A stretch of DNA of 64,000 nucleotides. Source: Muribaculaceae bacterium. Its GTDB lineage: Bacteria > Bacteroidota > Bacteroidia > Bacteroidales > Muribaculaceae. Below the pieces are notes generated by a model. The model had not been told where the DNA came from. It saw nothing but the letters and a program-made list of their open reading frames with translations, and searched no databases. The stretch spans positions 15,398-79,397 of the forward strand of contig JAFLTX010000002.1 in NCBI GenBank assembly GCA_022509145.1. Direction: 5' to 3'. Each line of letters starts with the position of its first letter. The stretch's first letter is position 1. Positions 36,395 through 45,145 of this stretch are shown in pieces. The position numbers and the translations under genes were made by a program.

Positions 36395-37021
36395 TCAAGC
36401 TGTTGGAGTGTTGAGGATATCGAGGAAGTCCATGGTGCGCGCTTCCATCTGATTGGTGGCCTTCACGATTTTCGACGACAGATAGTTGTAGGCGAAGAGC
36501 GCGAGGATACCCACGATCAGACCGGCCACGGTGGTTACCAGCGCCTGGTAGATGCCGCCCGAGAGGAGCGATATGTTGTTTTGGGCTCCGGCAGAGGCTA
36601 GATGGAAGAAAGCTTCGATCATGCCGATCACGGTGCCGAGAAATCCGAGCATCGGGGCGCCGGCGGCCGTGGTGGAGAGCCATGTCATCCCTTTCCCCAT
36701 CGAGGCTATCTCGATGTTGCCGGTGTTTTCGATGGCGTTGGTCACTTCGTTGATGGGGCGCCCTATGCGCTGCACCCCCTTGAGAAGCATCCTGCCGTAA
36801 GGCGAATTGCTCTGGCGGCACAGGTTTTCCGCGCTCTTGATGTCGCCTTCGTTCAGATAGTCGCGCAGGCGGCTCATAAACGTGGGGTCTTCTTTCAACG
36901 ATTTATTTATCATTATGTAACGCTCTACAAAGATGTAAATCGCAAGCAGCAGCAGCACTGCCAGCGGCAGCATGATGTAGCCGCCGTCCATCACAAGGGT
37001 CCATAGATTCACTTTTTCCAT
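36395..37021 (-). CDS. exbB: MotA/TolQ/ExbB proton channel
   Basis: APMLGFLGTVIGMI, GIYQALVTTVAGL. Confidence 0.93.
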   Translation of the reverse strand: MEKVNLWTLVMDGGYIMLPLAVLLLLAIYIFVERYIMINKSLKEDPTFMSRLRDYLNEGDIKSAENLCRQSNSPYGRMLLKGVQRIGRPINEVTNAIENTGNIEIASMGKGMTWLSTTAAGAPMLGFLGTVIGMIEAFFHLASAGAQNNISLLSGGIYQALVTTVAGLIVGILALFAYNYLSSKIVKATNQMEARTMDFLDILNTPTA

Positions 37022-37102
37022 CGCAACTGTGAATGTGTTATCTGTTGTGTGTATTTTTTCTTATTTTCTCTCTTTGGTTTCTGTCGGTTGGTAATACTCC
37101 CG

Positions 37103-37840
37103 CTATCTGTTGTCAAGCTGGAGCAGGTAACGCCTGATGGTCTCGCCTATGCCGAGGTAGAGGGCGTCGGAAATCAGGGCGTGGCCGATGCTCACTTCGT
37201 CAAGACGTGGCAACGAGCGGGCCAAGAACCGGAGGTTTTCCAGGTTGAGGTCATGTCCGGCGTTGACCCCGAGCCCGCACTCCATGGCCTTGCGCGATGC
37301 CGCCACAAACGGGGCCACGGCCTTGTCGCGGTCGGTGGCATAAAGGTCGGCATACGGCTTGGTGTAGAGCTCCACTCTGTCGGCTCCCGCCTCGGCGGCG
37401 GCTTCCACCTGCGCCTCCTCGGCCGGAACGAAAATCGACACCCTTATCCCCGCCTTCTTGAGCCGGGCCGTAACCTCCTTCAGAAACCCTATGTTTCCGC
37501 GCACGTCCCAGCCGGAATTCGAGGTGATTTGGTCGGGGCTGTCGGGCACGAGCGTGGCCTGGGCCGGACGCGTGGCCTCCACCAGCTGCAGGAAATCTTC
37601 CGAAGGATACCCTTCGATGTTGAATTCCGTCTGCACCACCTTCTTGAGGGCGGCGACGTCGGAGCGCCGGATATGGCGCTCGTCGGGACGGGGATGCACC
37701 GTGATTCCGCGCGCGCCAAGCTGCTCGCAAGCCACGGCAAACGCCACTACGTCGGGGGTCTTCTCCCCGCGCGCGTTGCGCAGGGTGGCCACTTTGTTGA
37801 TGTTGACGCTCAACGAGGGAGCGGTAAATATTTCAGGCAT
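37103..37840 (-). CDS. pdxJ: Pyridoxine 5'-phosphate synthase
   Basis: [44 protein letters not shown]. Confidence 0.97.
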   Translation of the reverse strand: MPEIFTAPSLSVNINKVATLRNARGEKTPDVVAFAVACEQLGARGITVHPRPDERHIRRSDVAALKKVVQTEFNIEGYPSEDFLQLVEATRPAQATLVPDSPDQITSNSGWDVRGNIGFLKEVTARLKKAGIRVSIFVPAEEAQVEAAAEAGADRVELYTKPYADLYATDRDKAVAPFVAASRKAMECGLGVNAGHDLNLENLRFLARSLPRLDEVSIGHALISDALYLGIGETIRRYLLQLDNR

Positions 37841-37945
37841 GATTTTTGCAATTTCGGATTACTCTTTTTACTTTTGTAGCTGTTTTTGCGTTTAATAAGT
37901 AGAAAGAGGCTATTCAACTGCAAAGATAGTTAAAATTTTGTAAGA

Positions 37946-38452
37946 ATGAAAGCAAGGGATATCATCTCTACACAAAACCCTACGGTTGAGCCCGTTCCGG
38001 CAGTGAGCATACCGGCCGAAATGGCGATTACCGACGTGCTGCCGCGTCTTCTCGACGCTCCGGGCAGACGTCTGGCCGTAGCCGACCGTGCCCTCACGAT
38101 AGGTGTCGTCACCGAGAGCTCCCTTCTCGAAGGCCTCAACCGACTGTTCTCGGCCCGCGACGACTCGAGCATCGTGGTGATCGACGTGGCGCCCGACGAT
38201 TTCAGCGCCTCCAGGATGGCGCGCGCCGTAGAAGACGCAAACGTCCACCTCGTAGACTTCTGGTCGGCGCCCTCTCCCTCGGCCGAAAGCATCCGAGTCA
38301 CTCTTCGCGTGCGCTCTTCCGACCCCTCGGAAGTGGCCTCCAACCTCGAGAGATACGGCTTCCAGGTGATCGACGCCTTCGGAGCCACCTGTCGCAACCT
38401 CGAGACGGCCGTGGAGCGGCTCCTCTCTCTCAAAACCCTGCTCAATGTCTGA
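37946..38452 (+). CDS. CBS/ACT-like domain protein
   Basis: One CBS-like unit followed by DFSASRMARAVE...NLERYGFQV; translationally coupled to nadK. Confidence 0.7.
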   Translation: MKARDIISTQNPTVEPVPAVSIPAEMAITDVLPRLLDAPGRRLAVADRALTIGVVTESSLLEGLNRLFSARDDSSIVVIDVAPDDFSASRMARAVEDANVHLVDFWSAPSPSAESIRVTLRVRSSDPSEVASNLERYGFQVIDAFGATCRNLETAVERLLSLKTLLNV

Positions 38453-39329
38453 CATCCGAACCACCCCTCCCCGCCACATAGCCTTCTATGGCAGCCGTAG
38501 GCAAGACGGCCACGTAGGCAACATCATCGCCCTCATAAAGGCGCTCCTCGACCGCGGCATAAAGATTTCGCTCGAACGCAGGCTGGCCGACGTGCTTATT
38601 GACGAAGGGTTTCGCCCTGCCGTGCACGGCATCGACACCTGCACCGCATTTCCGGCTGAGGCCGAACTTGCTGTGAGCGTGGGAGGCGACGGCACTTTTC
38701 TGCGCACGGCTCAATGGATTGACGGCCGCCAGGTGCCGATTGTGGGGATCAACACGGGGCATCTCGGTTTTCTGGCCGAAAACTCCACCGACGACGTCGA
38801 CCGATTCGTAGAGCTCATCTGCTCCGGAGAAGCCGAAGTGGAGCGCCGCATGGTGCTTGAGGTGGAATGTGACCGTCTCCCTTCCAGACCTCTTTATGCC
38901 CTCAACGAAGTGGCTTTCCTCAAAGGAGCCGCTTCGATGATCGATGTGTCGGTGAAGGCCGACGGGATGTTCCTGGCCAACTATCGGGCCGACGGGCTTT
39001 TGGCCGCAACCCCAACCGGCTCTACCGCCTACAATCTTTCGGTGGGAGGTCCCATAGTAGCGCCCACCCTCTCGTGCATCATACTCTCGCCCATCGCGCC
39101 CCACACGCTGACGCTCCGGCCGGTGGTAATCAGCGGCGACTCCACAATCGAAGTGGAGGTGAGTTCGCGCGCCACCTCATTCCGCCTCAGCGTAGACGGA
39201 CGGTCGTCCGACATCCCCTGCGGCGCCGTGGTTAAAATTCGTAAAGCATCACGCGAAGTGCTCACCCTCCGTCGTCCCTGCGAAAACTTCGCCACCACCC
39301 TCCGCACCAAACTCTCCTGGGGCACCTGA
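38445..39329 (+). CDS. nadK: NAD kinase
   Basis: GGDGTFLR, GINTGHLGFL, ALNE, DGLLAATPTGSTAYNLSVGGP. Confidence 0.96.
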   Translation: MSDIRTTPPRHIAFYGSRRQDGHVGNIIALIKALLDRGIKISLERRLADVLIDEGFRPAVHGIDTCTAFPAEAELAVSVGGDGTFLRTAQWIDGRQVPIVGINTGHLGFLAENSTDDVDRFVELICSGEAEVERRMVLEVECDRLPSRPLYALNEVAFLKGAASMIDVSVKADGMFLANYRADGLLAATPTGSTAYNLSVGGPIVAPTLSCIILSPIAPHTLTLRPVVISGDSTIEVEVSSRATSFRLSVDGRSSDIPCGAVVKIRKASREVLTLRRPCENFATTLRTKLSWGT

Positions 39330-39409
39330 CCCTGCGGGTAAACCCGGAATTTTATAGGAAGGAGCTGAGATAGAGTCAATTCTCGGGTTTGAAATGAGAA
39401 AGAATGATT

Positions 39410-39509
39410 TGTAAAGCGGCTTTACATATTTTGTCAACGTGTAAAGAAAACGGGCATTTCTTTACACGTTTTAATAATCTGTAAAAAATCGCCGATTCTT
39501 TACAGATTG
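39410..39509. repeat. Three consecutive TGTAAA...TTTACA inverted repeats
   Basis: TGTAAAGC-G-GCTTTACA; AACGTGTAAAGAAA..TTTCTTTACACGTT; AATCTGTAAAAAATCG..CGATTCTTTACAGATT. Confidence 0.8.
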
Positions 39510-39534
39510 GGATATGGGGGAGGAGGTGGTGAAG

Positions 39535-39860
39535 AGCAACGTGTTATGCGGAACTCAAGTTTTCTGCCCCTTCCATAGGTGGAACCGGGACGATAGCCAT
39601 TGCCCTTATTGCCGGGATTTTCACTTAGGAACTCACCCCTTTCAGCTACCAGCATGATTTCAAGAAGGTCTTGAAGACCATTCCCTTCCCTTTCTGTGCA
39701 TGCTTGCACATCAATTCGGAAAGTTGTAATTTTGTCAAATCCATAAGTTGTAATTTTTAGTGTTTAGTCGCCTTAAAATTACAAACTTGTTCGGACCGGT
39801 CAAAATTTGGCCGGTCCTTTTTCATCCTATCTTGACAGACACACTTTTTGAAACAGTCTC
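39535..39860 (-). pseudogene. IS256-family remnant: left end plus a frameshifted, truncated transposase N-terminus
   Basis: End GAGACTGTTTCAAAAAGTGTGT at 39860. ATG at 39744 gives MDLTKLQLSELMCKH, then after a frameshift GNGLQDLLEIML..ER.EFL..NKGNGYRP..YG.GRKLEFRI, which then breaks off. Confidence 0.85.
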
Positions 39861-40187
39861 GGTTTCTCACATGAGGATAAAGATTATATCAGGTATATTC
39901 CCGAACCTGTTTTAAGTTTCTTTGAAGATGAATTCAACGAAAAAGAAATGATTAATTGGGTGGAGCTTTTAGAGGAATCCCTGTTCAATTTCTCAGTATG
40001 GAAGGGCATATTTGCAATATTGAATACCCCCTTTTATACTCCATCCGGAGGTGGCGTTGGAAGTTCTGACAATGATCTTCCGAAAAGAAAAGACGAGTTG
40101 GAAGAGGAAATGAAATTTGCGATGAGGTTTGCACAGGCAGCAAAATCAAAGGTCGGAATCGTGAAATCTAAAGGAAGAAGGATGTGA
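39861..40187 (+). pseudogene. C-terminal remnant of a Bacteroidales mobilisation (relaxase) protein, truncated by IS256
   Basis: Frame is open from the IS end (GFSHEDKDYIRYIPE...); tail SGGGVGSSDNDLP..KDE...KGRRM resembles Mob protein C-termini. Confidence 0.55.
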
Positions 40188-40191
40188 TATC

Positions 40192-40683
40192 ATGGCAATG
40201 AAACAATTCAACGCTGAAGAAATGAGGAAGAAAATTCAGGAGATAAAGACAGAGGAAGGTAATCACCAAAATCTTGACAAGGCTTCTGAAATCAATGACA
40301 CAATCCAGTTATTTATTGAAAAAATGCCGGAATTTGTTGAGGAAATTAACAAGCCAATGTCTGATGAATCCTTCAAAACCTATGCCGGTGTCATCGGTTT
40401 TATAATGAGAAAAGGAGCGGATGTAGCAGCTGATAGATTTGAAAAAAGGTTGACGGAGTTATTGAAAAAGGCAAATCGGAATGATAAAATCACTCTTCCG
40501 ACCATAGCCTTTTATATCCTGATGATAGTCCTGATATATCTCCTTTTATTCTTCGGAGGGGTTGTCTTTGGCAATTTCAAGGCTATTCATTCCGATGAAT
40601 TATCAGAATGGATCTTTTGGATTTACTTCTTTTTATCTGTTTCAATAGGGATTTTCTTGTGGCTAAAGAGATACTTCAAATGA
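40192..40683 (+). CDS. Hypothetical membrane protein (two C-terminal TM helices) of mobilisation modules
   Basis: Coiled N-terminus, two hydrophobic segments, directly after the Mob tail. Confidence 0.7.
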   Translation: MAMKQFNAEEMRKKIQEIKTEEGNHQNLDKASEINDTIQLFIEKMPEFVEEINKPMSDESFKTYAGVIGFIMRKGADVAADRFEKRLTELLKKANRNDKITLPTIAFYILMIVLIYLLLFFGGVVFGNFKAIHSDELSEWIFWIYFFLSVSIGIFLWLKRYFK

Positions 40684-40766
40684 ATTATTTGATACAATTT
40701 ATCTGTTATTTCATACAATAAAAACAGAATAAGAACTTTAAGTCTTACGTTATTATTAAAAATTAT

Positions 40767-41091
40767 TAACTTTGCAACGCATACCGACTTTTGGAGCCTC
40801 CGGTATGGGCGCAACGAGGGCGGCTGCAAAACATATTGACAAAAAGCGTTTATCGCGCTAATTCTTGACTTACAGAAATCTGGCAGTTTCTATTGGAGTT
40901 CAAGAATGAAGCACCGGTATGCGCCTTTCGAGGTATGATTATTCTCAATGTAGAGAACAATCGTGATGATTGTTTATTCATTAGTATTTTCATATCAGCG
41001 TGAGGCTCCGGTTGCTCGTTCTAACTCCAAGGGTAAGCCAGAGCCTCTGTAAGCGGGACGAGCAACGATGATTGGCTCTCACGCTTTTTTT
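40767..41091 (+). promoter_or_regulatory. Promoter (TAACTTTG) plus ~310-nt structured leader RNA ending in a terminator-like stem (putative attenuator)
   Basis: Many 6-9 bp complementary segments, several mutually exclusive; AGCGTGAG/CTCACGCT stem followed by T7. Confidence 0.7.
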
Positions 41092-41137
41092 ATTAACTAA
41101 TCGCCAATGAAGTGAGCCCAGAGGCATAAAGAACTTT

Positions 41138-41458
41138 ATGATTATTAATCTTAATGATGATGATTTTCGTGGTTTCTTGCAAGAGATAATAGAAAATCAA
41201 GCCCTTAACACCATCTTTTCCAACAGCCCATATTGGGGAAAAGGAGAACAAGCAATTCAATTGATCTGCAATTCACAATTTAAATCCTATCCACAAGATT
41301 TGATTCAAATTATCCAACACTTAATAGATGATGTTTGTCCGGAGCAATGTGAAGGTGGTTGTAACATTGGATGGAATCAAATGTCTACAACATTAATTAA
41401 TGGAGATAGTTTATGTGACTATCATCATAATTTAAAAGAAAAACTTGATAAAGAATAA
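41138..41458 (+). CDS. Hypothetical protein with a Cys/His cluster (possible Zn binding)
   Basis: CPEQCEGGC...W...LCDYHH; first gene after the leader. Confidence 0.65.
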   Translation: MIINLNDDDFRGFLQEIIENQALNTIFSNSPYWGKGEQAIQLICNSQFKSYPQDLIQIIQHLIDDVCPEQCEGGCNIGWNQMSTTLINGDSLCDYHHNLKEKLDKE

Positions 41459-41463
41459 TAGAA

Positions 41464-43863
41464 ATGAAACCTCAACAATTTAAATTGATCAGCATAGTTA
41501 TACTGCTTCTTTCATTTCCTAAAATTTCAGCTTATGATTTTGAGGTTGATGGAAATCTATTCTTTGAAATTATATCTCCATCTGAGCTTACATGTAAGCT
41601 TGAAAGTGTGAATAGGAACTATGAAGGTGTGCTAACAATTCCTGAAAGTGTGGATTACAAAGGAAATAAGTTGGCTGTCACTGTTATAGGTACAAATTGC
41701 ATACGATTCTGTGATAAACTAACTGATATAATTGTTCCTGCAAGTATCAAGAGCATGGAAGAAGAATGTTTTGCGAATTGCATTTCAATACAAAGTGCTA
41801 ATCTAGAGCAAATAGAGGCATCCATATTACCTCAAGGATGTTTTAAAAATTCATCAATACAGAATATTATATTACCTACACATGTTATAGAACTTCCTAA
41901 TGAGTTTTTTTATGGATGTCGAAACTTGAGTAATTTTACCATACCAGAAGGAGTGGTCAAGATTGGAGATAGTTGTTTTGCTTCAACAAAACTAGAATCT
42001 ATTTGTATTCCTGAATCATTGTTAACGCTCGGTAAAGGTTCATTTTCAGATGCCACCATCGCTTCTACTATTAATCTCCCAGAAGGTCTTTTGGAAATAG
42101 GAGATTATACTTTTAGAAACGCTTCCCTCCCTTATCTTTATATACCTTCCAAAGTTTCGCAGGTAGGAATTGGTATTTTTCAGAATTGTCAAATTCGGAA
42201 AGTTGAATTTTCTTCAGCATCAACAATTCAAACTTTACCAGAAAAAATGTTTTACCAAAGTTCCCTTGAAAACATTATATTCCCTCCTAATCTTATTAAT
42301 ATAGGAGATGGATGTTTTACAAATTGTAAAAATCTATCTCAACTTGATTTTCCTAATACAATTGAAAGTTTGGGATATCAAAGTTTAGCTGGTCTTAATC
42401 TTGATTTCTTCTGTCTTACAGAAAATTTGAAGTACGTAAATTACAAATGTTTTAACGATAGAAATTCTTCCTGGATTGATAATACAACAATTAAGAAACT
42501 AGTTTGGACAACTCCTAATCTAAATGAAAATTATTTTGATGCAGCTTTAAACAGTGAAAAATACTATGAATTAGATGATCTAGAGGATGCATCATTTGAT
42601 TTTGGTTCAGTTATTGAATGTGAGATAAGTGATAATTGTGATTTCCTTTACTTGGGATGGGTTCAAGGATATCTATTATATAGTGACCATGGTTGGAGAC
42701 ACTACAGGTATTTTGTATTTGAAAACAGTTCTTTGCAAAAATTAGTTTTGAAGGATAGTCCTAAAACTTTACAATTGGCTACTGTATATCATTTTAGTGG
42801 AAATTATTTTGGTAAAAATTACGTCCGCATGTATAAAGGATATTTTCCGTATAAAGAAAATGAGGAGGTATATGATTATTTTTTATCAACTTGGATGGAA
42901 AGTCTAAAAGAATTATATCTTGGTCGGGAAATTGAAGGAAATCCACTTTATGTACCTAATCTTGAACGATTAATTATTGGACAAGTACAAAAAGTAGATA
43001 TTGAAAATACTCCATTGCCTAACCTTAAATCAATAGAATGTGTGTCGGACATACCTCCTATAATTTCAGAAGATCACTTTACTATAGCACAATATGTAGA
43101 CCTACCTGTTGTGGTTCCAGATAATGCCATTGAAAATTATCGTAAGGCAGAAGTTTGGAAAAATTTTTGGAATATTATGACCAAAACTGATTATGAAGCT
43201 TCAATACCTAAAGATATTTCATTGAATTATTCTGACCTAACTTTAAATATTGGAGAAAATTTACAATTAACTGCTTCTTTATACCCAGAAACTGCCTCTG
43301 GAAATATAATTTTTGTCAGCTCAAACGAAGAAGTTGCATCTGTTTCTGAAGAGGGTCTTATTACTGCAAATTCAGTTGGAGAAACTATAATAACTGCTTC
43401 TTGTGGTGGAATTTCGACAACATGCACAATTTGTGTTGTTAATCCGATTAATAAAGCGGAACAGATTGTATTGAATCTTGAATTGGCTGAATTAAATATC
43501 GGAGAAACACTACAAATTGAAGCGACTGTCATTCCTGAAGATACTACAGATAAGACCTTATCATGGAATTCATCTGATCCAAATGTCGCTACTGTTTCTG
43601 ATAATGGTCTTGTAACAGCCGTATCGGCAGGATCAGTAATTATTACAGCAATTTGTGGAGAAGTATCAGCAGAATGTCAGATTACTGTTCTTGATGATGC
43701 CGGTGTTGAAAGCCTTCTTGCTAATCCGGATACAAGCATTTCAGTTTATTCCATGGATGGTAACTTGATAAGAAAGGATTGTAAAGTCGAAGACTTAAAA
43801 ACTCTAAATAAAGGAACATATATAATAGTTTCCGGTAAAGAACAATATAAAATTTCAATTTAA
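41464..43863 (+). CDS. BspA-type leucine-rich repeat (LRR_5) surface protein with two Big_2 domains and a C-terminal secretion-like tail
   Basis: Signal ..AYDFEVDG; repeats IPEGVVKIGDSCF; YRKAEVWKNF; WNSSDPNVATVSDNG; VYSMDG...LNKGTYII. Confidence 0.9.
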   Translation: MKPQQFKLISIVILLLSFPKISAYDFEVDGNLFFEIISPSELTCKLESVNRNYEGVLTIPESVDYKGNKLAVTVIGTNCIRFCDKLTDIIVPASIKSMEEECFANCISIQSANLEQIEASILPQGCFKNSSIQNIILPTHVIELPNEFFYGCRNLSNFTIPEGVVKIGDSCFASTKLESICIPESLLTLGKGSFSDATIASTINLPEGLLEIGDYTFRNASLPYLYIPSKVSQVGIGIFQNCQIRKVEFSSASTIQTLPEKMFYQSSLENIIFPPNLINIGDGCFTNCKNLSQLDFPNTIESLGYQSLAGLNLDFFCLTENLKYVNYKCFNDRNSSWIDNTTIKKLVWTTPNLNENYFDAALNSEKYYELDDLEDASFDFGSVIECEISDNCDFLYLGWVQGYLLYSDHGWRHYRYFVFENSSLQKLVLKDSPKTLQLATVYHFSGNYFGKNYVRMYKGYFPYKENEEVYDYFLSTWMESLKELYLGREIEGNPLYVPNLERLIIGQVQKVDIENTPLPNLKSIECVSDIPPIISEDHFTIAQYVDLPVVVPDNAIENYRKAEVWKNFWNIMTKTDYEASIPKDISLNYSDLTLNIGENLQLTASLYPETASGNIIFVSSNEEVASVSEEGLITANSVGETIITASCGGISTTCTICVVNPINKAEQIVLNLELAELNIGETLQIEATVIPEDTTDKTLSWNSSDPNVATVSDNGLVTAVSAGSVIITAICGEVSAECQITVLDDAGVESLLANPDTSISVYSMDGNLIRKDCKVEDLKTLNKGTYIIVSGKEQYKISI

Positions 43864-43870
43864 AAATCAA

Positions 43871-43901
43871 GTTGAGAGCCTGATCAATGAATGGTCAGGC
43901 T
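43871..43901 (+). terminator. Stem-loop between the LRR and HEPN-like genes
   Basis: GAGAGCCTGA-N11-TCAGGCTCTC. Confidence 0.55.
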
Positions 43902-43922
43902 CTCTTACAAATTATAAATAGT

Positions 43923-44390
43923 ATGGCAATAAAAGGACTTTCCAAAGAAGAGGATATACCGCAATTGTTTGATTATCTTATGATATATCCAGATGAAATT
44001 GAAAAATATAAAGGCTGGTTCAATATTAAAGATAATGTAGTTGATAAATTTTTAAATCATAATGATATTTTCTACGGATCATATAAAAAAGATAATATAT
44101 TGAAAGCTAAAAAACATCAATGGTATTTGTTATTTGAACAAAATAAAAATTCTAAAAAATCAGGATCAGATGTGGCACATCATCTTCTTCGTCATATTAG
44201 AAATGCTATAGCACATGCTAACATTGAAAAGATTATAAAGAAAGAAAAGAAAGTAAATCATCAAATCTTGTCACTTAAGGATTACAGTATTAATGGAAAT
44301 TCTCAGACAATGGATGGGAGAATTGAAAGCAAGTTATTTTATCAACTCATAGACTTAATATTGCAAACTAAAAAGGACCCCAATGGATAG
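43923..44390 (+). CDS. HEPN-like protein (putative RNase)
   Basis: LLRHIRNAIAHANI contains the R-N-x3-H HEPN motif. Start set at MAIKG, after the hairpin. Confidence 0.6.
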   Translation: MAIKGLSKEEDIPQLFDYLMIYPDEIEKYKGWFNIKDNVVDKFLNHNDIFYGSYKKDNILKAKKHQWYLLFEQNKNSKKSGSDVAHHLLRHIRNAIAHANIEKIIKKEKKVNHQILSLKDYSINGNSQTMDGRIESKLFYQLIDLILQTKKDPNG

Positions 44391-44509
44391 ATTTATAAGT
44401 TTCCTAATAATCCTAATTTTTTAAATAGAAATTATTTAGGAACTATTTGGGAACAAAATTGAATTTGGGAAAGCAGTTGATATTGGAAATCAGAGAGATA
44501 TATTTAAGC

Positions 44510-44957
44510 TTGCAGTTCAAGCGTAGGAGTCTGTACCTTTTGGTGCTCATCCTACGTTCTGAGGCCCTGGTAATTGCCCGGTATTGTCGAATGAGCAACC
44601 AGCAGAAGCCTTCTACGCCGTTTATACGATTATATATGCAACGATCACATCACATAATGATGTCCAATACGTCGGGATACAATCATATCCGCAAGGCATC
44701 TACCGTTGCCGCACTCTTGACAATACCAATGAATTTACCAGATTCCAGAACGTCAAGATTTGCGTCTTGGGTAAACGCGTTTCTTATGTTGACGAGAGCC
44801 TCTGCTCTCGCGGGATTTACCTCCTGCAAACTCCGCATTTAAGCGGCATAAACCGGGGCTCTATCCCTACAATCCCTCCCACAAGGTCAATTCCCAATAC
44901 ATATTTCATAATTGGTTGACTCACCCCTTCGACCGGGCTTCTGCGGGCGGTTTGCAA
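44510..44957 (-). ncRNA. Large structured ncRNA candidate (~445 nt), possibly the Bacteroidales-2 RNA
   Basis: TAATTTTG promoter at 44961-44968 (minus); terminal TTGCA/TGCAA pairing; long-range GCAGAAGCC/GGCTTCTGC; hairpins CGTAGGA/TCCTACG, CTTGAC/GTCAAG, CGAGAGC/GCTCTCG, GGATA/TATCC; no credible CDS. Family name is recalled, not searched. Confidence 0.6.
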
Positions 44958-45145
44958 TCACAAAATTAATGATTTTATTTAAGTATCGCAAGTTCAATAA
45001 GTAAATTTTAAGTTATATAAATTGGTTCGGCATTTTGATATCCGAAAGTATTTAAAAAAATTTGCAATGCTTGGGGAGGGTCAGTCGGTTTGCGGACCGA
45101 CCACGGGCGGGGACAACGTGGGCGCTTGGGCCAACGGAAATGTGA

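Larger units (their letters stand above)
39410..44510. mobile_element. Decayed AT-rich integrative/mobilisable island
   Basis: Abrupt drop in GC content; TGTAAA/TTTACA hairpin cluster at the left; IS256 remnant; relaxase tail; tandem GGAAC arm-type repeats at the right next to the ncRNA 3' end. No integrase present. Confidence 0.7.

Noticed and set aside
39330-39410. Search for an att direct repeat matching the ncRNA 3' end
   Set aside because: No duplicate of TTGCAGTTCAAGCGTAGG was seen, only a terminator-like AAACCCGGAATT/AATTCTCGGGTTT stem, so the left att site is unproven.
44447-44919. Plus-strand ORFs of 131 aa and 111 aa
   Set aside because: TTG starts, no protein motifs, and they overlap the structured, promoter-led minus-strand RNA candidate.
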